DNA of 64,000 nucleotides from NCBI GenBank assembly GCA_020891255.1, contig BQFW01000012.1, forward strand, positions 558,001 through 622,000, given 5' to 3'. The translations under genes and the position numbers were made by a program. The stretch comes from Entomortierella parvispora E1425. Its lineage: Eukaryota > Fungi > Mortierellomycota. Positions 13,222-24,953 of this stretch are shown in pieces. Each line of letters starts with the position of its first letter. The first letter of the stretch is position 1. The notes beneath the pieces were generated by a model, which was given only the letters and a program-made list of their open reading frames with translations, was not told the DNA's origin and searched no databases.

Positions 13222-13720
13222 ACCTGCTTTAGGCTGTCCTGAGTCAGTGAGTCATCTAAATGAAAACACCCACTTTCTAATGGAAAACTCCCGCGTGGCT
13301 GTCCAAAAAAACAGAGTGTACCGTCAATTGCCAATAGGCAGTCGTGTCGCAGTTTAAAATCAATTTCCCCGAAATTATTTTGATTATCCCCAAAAAATTT
13401 GGGACCTTTATCCTTGGTTTTCGATTAAGTTTATTCCAAAAAAATTGAAACGGACAATAAAAAAAATAACTCACTGCCTCCAGCGTTGTACATGTACTAC
13501 ACAATCAAAAATAATAAAACAAAGTTAAATTTCTTGTCCGTTCTAGCAAGGCGATTACAAGGCATTTTTTGGTTTAAAAGTCACTTACGTCTAAAGGGAT
13601 CGAGGTTTTTCGTTAGTGGTGTGCGGGGCGAAACAATGATGAATCAGGAACAACGACGATGAGCACTTACAATTTTTTTTGGGTATTCCTTACCCCTTGA
13701 TTGTTATTGTTTGGGTTGCC

Positions 13721-16700
13721 CTAGGACGAGCCAGCGGCGGTTGGTACAAAGATCGAAGTCGCAGGAGCAGCTACGACCGTTGTGGCTGGCAAGAACTTGG
13801 CGGGACGTGTTCGACCTTCCACGAACTCTTGGCAAATGAACGCAATATTTTCGGATCCCACAGCATCGCGATCAAAGAACATATTGCATTTACGGCAGTA
13901 CATGGATCTGTTGTCCAGCTTCTCCAGAAACTCGTCACAGTCGCGTCTGGGGCACTTTTGGCTCGTAAAGTACTCGTGTTCCCCCACCACAATCTGTCCT
14001 AGGCCTCGAAGCTGATGATATTGATGATATTAAAGAGCAGCAGTTGGTTGTTAGAATCCCGAACCAAGCTTTGACTTACGCAGATACATGGTCAAACAGT
14101 GCACTTACAGCTTTGACAACCTTCTTCTCAACAACCACTGCCTTCGAGGCTGGGCCTCGGCGTGTGTTGAACCTGGCCATGCCGTAGGCAAAGATGACTG
14201 TTGGTTGATCTTGACGTTTTGAGTTTGGTTTGAAACCAGCCTGGGCCAGAACAGCGCCAACTGCAAGGTCGAGGGCGGATCGCTGTGCTTTTTTGCAGTC
14301 CCACATTTTTTTCAATAGCCAACTACTATGGTAGAAGGCAAATATCACCTCGCCCACAGTTCCTGACATCAGGCTGATTTTTGCTCTGTCGTCATCACTC
14401 CTAGCGTGCGGTAGCAAGGCCTCCTGGATGTTGGAGTTCATGAAATTCAGGTACTGCACCACGTTCCCCAGCTTCCGTGACGGAGTCATCGATTCTAGGA
14501 TATCGATCAACTCCTCCTTTTTCTTCTCCCCTAAGGCTCGGCGGAATCTCCAGTGTGGTTCGTATAACATCGTTCTCCTTATTTTCACGGTGTTACGAAC
14601 GTCGCTACTGCCTCTCTCGATGCGGGTCGTAGCGAGAGCTACATGTTCACCAGGATCTCCTCCTATAATAATCTTGGGAGAGTTGGCCGAGTCCCATTTC
14701 AAAAGCGCGGCGTTAGGCAGCAGCTTCGTTCTCGAGGCAAGATTGCATTGATAGCCGGACTTTGTCCCCACAAGAAACGCTTGCAAGTCCTCTGGCGGGG
14801 CGAACTCGTAACACGCGTGTTTGTCGTCCTTCTCGTAGAGGTGGCTTGAGATCGGCACAGGGGCTTTGCATTTTCCCCTCTTTCCCATGGCCCCCTCCTC
14901 GTTCTCATCCTCGTCATCGTCATCATCGTCATCGTCATCGTCATCGCCATCGCCATTGCCTTCTCCGGAGCCAGCACAGGCAGCGGCAGCAGCGACCTCA
15001 TCCTCATCCTCGGGGCCAAAAGTAGGAAGCTTTTTTTTCCTCTTACGGATGGGTTTTTCCGAAAAGGTGTCGCTGGCCAAAAGTGTAAGCACCTTGCCAT
15101 CACTGTGATAGCCAGTTCCGAGGATGTAACGGCGATTCGAGGTTTCGGACTGCAATTTAACCTTGTGGCAGTAGCCATCTCTGCCAGGTACTCTGCCTTC
15201 AGTGACATGTTGAGGAGCGCGATCATAGAGGAGTGATGTCGTAAGCCATCCCTTATTATCGTTGATATAGTCTGCCCGCTGCCCCTCTTTCATGTCGTCC
15301 CCTCGTCTGGCTTTAGGAAACAGGCCTTTCAACAGGGGCTCGAAATCGAACCGGCTTATTTCCGACAGGTACTGTGGCTGAGGTTGGGTGCTTGGCGGTG
15401 GTGCAGCCTTCAAGAAGCAGTAGAGATCCTGCTCGGTCACTACCTGGTATTTCCGAGCGTTGCTTCCAAAGACGAAATCCTTGAAGATTCCTTCTTTGTT
15501 TTGTTCTTGGAACCATCTTATCGCCGGGATGTGAGCGGCACTCTCCTTCTGGTTTGCAGTCCAGCTGTCTTTTCCGTTATTAAACTAAACATATTGCCAA
15601 TAGAGAAGAGTCAGTACCTTGGCACAGAAATGTTCGCTGTCACCAGCAAAAATGTACTTTGGGCAACTTAGCAGTGCACACTTGTAGTGTGTCGAAAAGG
15701 CCTTGAAGACTGTTGCCTGTGTTGAACGGGTGGCTTTTGCAGGGAAGAGTTGAATCCTTCTTTCTGAATACGGAATGAAATTGGTCGTGGCCTTGTAGCG
15801 TTCAAAAATCCAACGCGCAATGAAGGCACTGACGTCCTTATGACCAGGGTTCTCGTCAACCTGGGCTTCTTCAGCCATCTTCTCTGCTTTTTTCTTTACC
15901 GCGGCTCTGGTTGATCTGGTTTGTGCACGAGTTCTCCTAGTCTGGCCGCCTCCCTCTCGTTGGGCTTGCTTTCGAATTCGTACATCCTCAGAGTTGCTGC
16001 CAGCCTCACCATAGAAAAAGAGTGTGGGGAGAGCATAGAAAGTTGCCATTCCGGTGACAAGATCGTCCAACATAGTGTCCGGGTACTTTTCAGGAAGATC
16101 CCAACGCTCTCTGGCCTTGACCTGAGCCCCTGCTGACACCGAGGACGACGACGAATCCTCTTGAACCTCCGTAACGGTCCGCATCTTGATGGACTGGGCC
16201 GCAAGGTTGGATGGATTGTGGATATCTTCAATGGCCAACATCAGTGCGTTGTATGTATCTTGCATGAGGAGGTCCCGCGTTTCGAGGCATGACCTGTGCC
16301 TCTTCGTAAGTTCTTTAGAAGCATTTTCTGCACCCTTGGCAGAAAGACCCTCTATGAGCTTCAATCGTTCGCCAACGTTTTTTTGGAAACCGCCCACTTG
16401 AAGGGCCCTCGTTTCGAACTTTCTCTTGTTTCGGTTCGCAACCTTGGTGGCCTGAGATCGATTTACTGCACCCGCTCCTTCTGGCTGCTTCTCGATGCGG
16501 TCTTGCTTTCTCTTGGTCTGCACAGGTTTCTTTTTGCGTCTCCTCTTGTTCTTCTTGTTCTTCTTGCTCTTCTGTCCGCGAGCTGCAGTAGACTGAATGA
16601 CTCTGGAAATAGGTTTCGGTGGCACCCGTTTCTCCTTTGAGGAATCAATGGTAACGGTTCGCCCATTAAGAAACGTATGCCTGCCGTCCTTATCTTTCCT

Positions 16701-18463
16701 AAATGCGTGGCCATACTGATTATGAGGTCGTTTGAATTCCTCGACCCTATTTCGTGATAGGTATCAAAAGTTTGATTAGAGTCGTGGGTCGCGATACCGC
16801 CTAGTAGAAGTATTGCACACAAGAGACCGCATTACCTTTCTGGTGGATAAAACGTTTCCCTTCGAGCCCTTCTCAGTCTGCAATAATCTTTGAATTGCAA
16901 CTGAAACGTTTGCAAAAGTTCATCTGGCGACTTTTCGGGCTCTGGCTGATTTGGAAGCTGTAGAAGCGACAGTGGCGACAATGAGTCTGGCTCGTCATCT
17001 GTTGGCTCCTCCCAGAGTGGGATTTGGTCTTCATGGTCCTCGGGCTCCTCCCCGGTTTTGAGCTGACTAAGAAAGCCGAATGTTCTCAAGGAAGCTTCGA
17101 ACATGGAGACGGGAACTCTCATTTTGACGATGGCGCCAACGTCGTCACAGAACTGTGCGATAAGCTGTCGGAGACTTGCCAGAGAACCGAGGTCAGTTCC
17201 CACATGACCTTGCAGAGGCTGGTTTTGGAATGTATTTGACCTCAACTGGCCGCCTGACTGGGCCTCTGGCACGGCGGTGTCCACATCCATTGAAACGTCA
17301 ACGTTTCTCACAGGGGTCCTGCCTTTGTCTGACCGCAAAATTGATATGCGACTTGATGAAGCCTCCGCCGCGGCATCTGCAACTAAAGCTCTGGCGTTTC
17401 TCATAGGAGCTTTGCCTTTGTCTGACCATGATAGTGGCTTGCGGCTTGACAAAGTCTTGGCCCTCTTCTTGGCAGGTCGTCCTTCGGTGTCCGAGTCCGT
17501 TTCTGTATAGCCAGAGTGGGAGCCTTCATCATCTGAAGTAGATTCCTCATCGCTCGAGTCGGAGTCGTTGCCACTCGATTCAGGGTCGTCGCCACTCGAT
17601 TCAGGATCGTTGCCACTCGCGTCAGAGTTGTAACTACTCGCATCAGAGTCCTCATTCTCTGCGTCGGGCCGGATCAACTTAAGACTTCTCACCAGGCCAA
17701 TGGTAGGGACATTGGAATTGTAGTCGTTACGATTGACACAACCATACACAATGAGCTCCTCGTCTCGAATGAGACCTAGGGCCTTTTTGACGTTGACTCG
17801 GCTGTAGTGAAGGAGACCAGGTCCTTTTGGGTTGGGCCGTAAGAGGGTCTTGACACCCTGATAGAATAGGTAATCAGAGTCGATAGACAGAACCGCTGCT
17901 TCCTTTGGTCCTTCATGCTGATAGCATTGGGTAGCGATACAAGGGTCGGTCTCAGCGCGGCAAACACAAACATCGTGTCCGAGGTGCTTCAACGCAGCCA
18001 CGAGTACATCTCTGGTCTCCAGGGTAAGTTGGCAACAAGTTCGCAGGTCCTTGTCGATACGGCCAATGACTTTGTGGGGAACCCAACGACCTTTCTTTCG
18101 CTCTAAGACCCGGAGATTGTACTCGAGCTTGCGTGCTGCTGCCTCACGTTTTAAATGTCGCTTTAAATGAGTGGGTCCTTTGGCGGCGCTGCCAGGGGCG
18201 TCGATATGCAGGACAAATGTGACATCCTTGTCGAGATGATTGCGCCAAAGCTTGATTTTTTGGTCGATCGTCGCGGCCAGCGCAGCTATTACACCAGTAG
18301 AATCGGAGTGTCTGACGTTTGTCATCTCCCTCATCATATCTCCGTAGTGGCATGCTTTGACGTCGTAGTGGATCGTGTCGATGCCGAGTGTGAGTGCATT
18401 GTCCACTGGCGTGTCTGACATGCCAAGCTTTCTCAGCATTGGAAAAATTCCTTGCACGCCCAT
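13721..18463 (-). CDS. ~1490-aa XPG/FEN1-like PIN nuclease fused to a Fanzor1/TnpB-like RuvC endonuclease; 4 exons (18463-16836, 16746-~15658, ~15564-14109, 14011-13721)
   Basis: PIN region: MGVQG start, IHYD, LHID, CRAETD, SIDSD, NRNDY and H3TH VPTIGLVRSLKLI. Fanzor region: YHSDGKVL, RuvC-I IIGGDPG, LYEPHWRFRRAL, FYH...KKMWDCKKAQ, IFAYGMARF, RuvC-II GEHEYFTSQKC, Zn finger CPRRDC...CRKC and RuvC-III DRDAVGSENI. Introns 16835-16747 and 14108-14012 have GT/branch/AG signals and keep the frame. The exon 2-3 junction has several in-frame options and is less certain. Confidence 0.85.
17564..17626. repeat. 21-bp tandem repeat x3 encoding (S)SGNDPE units in an acidic linker of the PIN-Fanzor protein
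   Basis: GTCGTTGCCACTCGATTCAGG / GTCGTCGCCACTCGATTCAGG / ATCGTTGCCACTCGCGTCAGA. Confidence 0.9.
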
Positions 18464-19308
18464 TTTCTGGAGATAAATACAGTCCGTCGCGATCAATCAG
18501 TGAATCCATGTTTGAGAGGAGCAACATTCTGATGATTCATGGCGCTAATATCCTTACCCTTGCAGGAGAGTCAACTTTGAGAGATCCTTTCTCGAGAGCG
18601 GTGCAGCTAAAGCGTGAGGTATCTGCATGTTCTGTTAGGTTCCGAGCCAACGGAAACATCAAATCGTTGCAACGTCATTTAGGGCTTTTACCTTGACTTC
18701 AGTCTTTGTACTTTTGTGGTCGGCCGTGGGCAATAATACTGGCGGGATCTTTTGTAGGAAGAAAAAAAAGATGGCTGTTAGCAGCTGTTAACAAAGCCCC
18801 TTCCAAGCTGTCTTGCGTTGTTCTTCGATGACAACACCTTGTACCTCTCAATCTTCACGCTTCCCGAAGAGACTTTATGGGGTCGATGGTGTTGAGAGCA
18901 CAGTTTGGAGCTTCCGAGGTTGATGAATAGTACACGGTGAGATGGTAGGTGAAGTCAGGGTAGGATGGGTACGATGGGGGAAAGAGTGCACGAAGCAAAA
19001 GTCGAAAAGCAAAAGGCAGCAGCCTTTCTGACAAAAGCCTGCTTATATTTATTCTAACTTTGAGACCTCGTAATTTTTATTAAAATTGTTAGACTGCGTT
19101 TATTAGTCCAATTATGGCACGCTAAAATCGCTGAGATCCGGTATCAGCAATGAGCACTACATGTTGCAAAAGAAAGAAGAAAGCATGAATAAGGGTCATC
19201 CGAAAGAGACTCTGCATTCTACTCACAGACCTACAAGTCTATCCGCAATGTTAAAAAATAAGAGCGAAAGACGTTAATGGGAGCAGCAGCGTTGCTGGGG
19301 AATAAGAA

Positions 19309-19414
19309 GAGGAGCAAGAGGAGCAAGAGGAGCAGGAGGAGCAGGAGGAGGAGCAGGAGGAGGAGGAGGAGGAGGAGGAGGAGGAGGAGGAGGAGGAGGA
19401 GGAGGAGGAGGAGG
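19309..19414. repeat. Purine microsatellite: (GGAGCAAGA)x3 grading into (GGA)n
   Basis: Directly visible. The pure GGA run is roughly 19 units. Confidence 0.95.
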
Positions 19415-20312
19415 AACTGGTTCTAGTACGTAAAAGGCGAAGAAAATAGCCGCTACCACTCTGGATTTTAATAACAGAAGGCGATCTCATTTTTCACATT
19501 GGGTTCTTATCGTATCTGGCTACCCTGTCGTAGAAAAGCATTGCTATATATGAAGAAATGAGGTAGCTATGAAGACTGCAACTTGTGGCATCGGTGATGT
19601 GAACTTGACTTGGATGCTGTCCAAAAAATTTTTGCGTGGTGTTTTTTTTTTTCTTTTTTTTTTTGACGAAATTTTTTTCTTTCAATTCCTATTTCACGCG
19701 TGCCTCCTTGCGGCCATCTTTTCTACAAAACTGTTTTAGGAACATACATCGATACTGAAGGAATGGAGTGATCCCATGTTTTTCTTGACAGTAGAGTCCA
19801 AAAAAGAGCCATGGCAACTTTCAATGGCTTTGGATATAACGCGCAAGAAAAAAAAAAAAAAGAAAAAAAATTATGAAGAGGGTCAGCTTTAGAGATGAAT
19901 ATCTCGCGCGTTATAGGACATAGAGACCTCTAACTCCTTTTGATTATAGCATTTGGTGCCCTCTACAGGATTATTGCTCGAAAGGTACCATTGAAAAACA
20001 TCATCGCTATAGAAATCCAGAGGGGTGCGGACGATAGTGAGAACAAAAATGTCTGTCAATTTTTTTTCGTTGAAATCAGTTTTCTGGCCAAAAGCCGCCT
20101 CTTCCCCACATCTTACATGCGATTTGTGCGTCCAAAAGAATTGAATAGGGCTGAATGCGGGATTTGATTTCTACAAAATAGGGCCAACATGTACATTCTT
20201 TTAAGAAATTTATTGTGAACTGGTATTAGGTTGCTCGTGTTCTCTTGTTTCTCTTTAGAACCTGCAAATGCGGGGTCATGCCCGTCTATGAAATGATGGC
20301 ATGTTGTCATTT

Positions 20313-21973
20313 CTAGACGAGAATCCACATGAATCCAAACTGGAGAACCGACAAGCAAATCAAGAAGTGGATCCGACGCTTCCGCTGAGGAGCCAAAACT
20401 GTACCCGCCGAGGCTTCGGGCAAAATAACATATCTTAATGACCGCAACTGGAAGAAAGAGAAGAAAAAAGGGTTAGAAAGGGAAAATGATGAGAAAGTCG
20501 TCTGCGGAGCAAATTTTCCAATAGTCAAACTCCACATGAAATATCAGTAATCAACTCACCAAAAAGAATCCGGTAGCTGCTCCAGTGTACAAGAAAACAG
20601 ACCAGAACACCGACCGCGGCGCCTTTGACAGCTGCACGATAATTGAAAGGATGATGCCCACAAACTTGTAGCCCGAGTACGCCAACAGATCCAAAATGGG
20701 AACCTCAGTAGTGATGTTGAGCAAATAAATACACAACTTGATCATCGTAAACTCGAGCAAGATCACTGCTAATGCTGAAGAGGCCGTAGGACCCAAAATC
20801 TCGGGACTAAATCCATTGGCTGTGCCAGCCGCGACACCGATCAAAAGAACGTAGGTGACAAATGCCATCACAGGAATATACATGTCTGGCGCGTTGATGT
20901 CGTCCCGAGGGGCCAAGTATCCAATGGACTCGCCTGTCGTTTCTGATCGCTTCAGCACACGTGTCCAGAGCTATGGTGCGTTGAAGTTCATGTTTCATTA
21001 GAAAAAAATGTCAAAAGGGGCAAATTTCTCATGTCTGATTCCAGACGAAATCCGGACCACGTCCACAACCACGGCCACCTATCTCGCCCATACATACCTT
21101 ATGGCGCCATGGAAAGACCAACAACTTGAGCTTGTTGACCACATACGAATTGCTGACGTTAAAGTAAGGCTGCAATGCTGCACGGTTGACCCATCGATTC
21201 AACTATCAACACACATATCCAGGATAAATAACTATTAATATCCAATTTGTTGCCACGTTGCACATGAAAATGGAACAGCAACCGTAATAATAAATCGAGC
21301 TATTTTTTTTTCCATCCAATTTGCGGGGACTCACATTTTGCTCCACGTATTCCTGTCCAGCCATCACGGCCGACTTTCCAAACTGCATGCCCAGCTGCGT
21401 GGTGCCATCATTCAAGTTGAACGGGAATGATGGAATTCCATGTTGCTGCTGCTGCTGCTGCTGTTGCTGTGGCTGAATATGGCCATGAGTCTGCTGTGGG
21501 CTCATGTACTGGGTCTGAGGCGATCCATATGGCATTTGACTATGCTGTTGCTGATGGTCAAAGCTTGAACGCTGTTGCTGCTGTAGTTGCTGTGGGCGAT
21601 ACTGGTTCTGCTGCTGTTGCTGACCACCGAAAGAATTCTGATGGCCCTGGTTGGCTTGTGCATATGGCATCCTTGGCGAAGGCGTGGGCACAGGATCCCT
21701 CATCTGCACTGGTGGATGTGTAGGCACCGGATGTTGGAGTGGTGGCGGGGAGGTCATGTGGTTCCTCTGCTGGTATGGCTGTTGATGTTGCTGATGATGC
21801 TGCTGCTGCTGTTGAGCGGCAGGCTGAGGCGCGTACGCGTTGGGAGTGTACTTGTTGGGCGTATAAAAGTTTCCTCCTTGCTGCTGCTGCCCCTGCTGCT
21901 GCTGCTGCTGATGGTGCTGGGCATTGTGCCGGGGCTGGGGCTGTGTGTATCCTGAGCTCTCGTAAGGATTCAT
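20313..21973 (-). CDS. YIF1: YIF1/Hrf1 ER-Golgi membrane protein with Gln-rich N-terminal extension, 4 exons
   Basis: TTQLGMQFGKSAVMAGQEYVEQN | YFNVSNSYVVNKLKLLVFPWRH | YLAPRDDINAPDMYIPVMAFVTYVLL...DLLAYSGYKFVG | LRSLRYVILPE. Confidence 0.95.
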
Positions 21974-22355
21974 GATGAGGAAGGGAGGATGGAGATGAAG
22001 AGACGAAGAGACTTGGAGAAAGATGTGACGACGTTCATCAGCATGATCAGGTCGAGAATCGTGGCAAGGGGCTGCAGCACATGCGATGATGAAATCTACC
22101 ATAGGCTGCGACTCTGTCTGCTCTTCCACCTGCCCGAGTCCCATCCTCATTCCTCTTCACGCCTCACTCTACCGAGAGCGTGCACCTTCAGAATCTAGCT
22201 CGGCTGTAAGAGACACGGATTTGTATTCAAAAACAGCCGAAGGCCATTTCATTTCCATTTATTTGTGTATAGTATGTCGCCTTTTGGTTCTCAATATCTG
22301 CCTGTTCCCTATCTCAACAATTACTCTGAGTGTTTGTTTCCATGTTGCCATGGCT

Positions 22356-24056
<1,701 letters not shown>

Positions 24057-24953
24057 AATGTAAAGCAGGCGAGAAGGGGGATGAGAGGGATTAAGGAAGA
24101 GGAGGGGATGAAGATAATTGAGGGATGGATGATGGATGGGAGGGAGAGAAGGAAGAGGAGGGAGTTTGGATGGAAATGGAGAAAGATGAAGACACAAGAA
24201 AATAAAATAAAGAGAGGAAAAAAAAAAAAAAAGAAAAAAAAAAGAAAAGGGCCAAAAAAAAAAAAAAAAGAGCGCGCGCGCACCGTGTGGCCAAAAGGTG
24301 TGTCTGTATCTCTCTGTCTGTTCTGCAGGACAGTGATCGCACTTGCACCACCCATGGCCGCACCCTGTTTGTTACCTTCATGGGCGTGCCATTGCCTCGG
24401 TGCATGCAGATTCATCTACCGTCCGTTCATCTTTCTCCACTGTGCCCCTTTGTGTGTCTGTCTGCTCAGGTCCTCGTCCCTTCCCTTGCTCCTTTTCCCT
24501 CTTGGTCTTTTGCTGTTAGTGCACCCAGGCCAGTTGGCAAAAGAGTGTAGTGCCACAAGAGAAGGAAGCTACACTGCTTGTGTTCAAAGCACCGACGCAG
24601 TCCTGTTGCGGGGGGAAGGACTCAACAGGCAGGGAAGGGGACACAATTCTCCTTTGACCTTGATCGCTCCACGTTGCAATCACCGTGCCATTGGTTCTAT
24701 TTCTGTGGCAGGGAAGCAGACGCACAGTTGGTCGGTCTGGTTCCATCTCCCTCTCTCAACCACCTCGCTCTTCACGTCCCGTCCCGTCCAGGGCCAAATC
24801 ACAGACACCCACACACAAAGCAATCCCAGTCAAGTGTTCGCCCTTTTTTTTTCCTTCCCCCCTTCCTTTCTTTCCCCCCCAAAAAGATTACGCCTCACGT
24901 GATGTGAAGAGGTGTCGCGTTTTTTCTTCCAGAAACGTTGGAAACTTTTTTTT

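Larger units (their letters stand above)
12696..19100 (-). mobile_element. Putative Fanzor-carrying transposon island (PIN-Fanzor gene plus Tc1-like transposase remnant); ends not defined
   Basis: Co-oriented Fanzor gene and Tc1/IS630-like HTH remnant inserted between conserved housekeeping genes (RING ligase and YIF1). No terminal inverted repeats or element-wide target-site duplication were found by eye, so the boundaries are approximate. Confidence 0.5.

Noticed and set aside
13223-13496. Micro-exon chain as a coding N-terminus for the transposase HTH
   Set aside because: The ATG-initiated spliced frame (MYNAGGTTREFSIRNLKQ) enters the HTH exon out of frame, and the other two frames hit stops.
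12364-19300. Search for terminal inverted repeats or a target-site duplication bounding the whole Fanzor island
   Set aside because: No matching ends were found by eye between the 12.6-13.3 kb and 19.0-19.3 kb regions. A TGAGCAC(T)TAC direct match (13660 / 19151) is too short to trust.
19251-19490. Poly-Ser and poly-Pro ORFs
   Set aside because: Translations of a GGA microsatellite.
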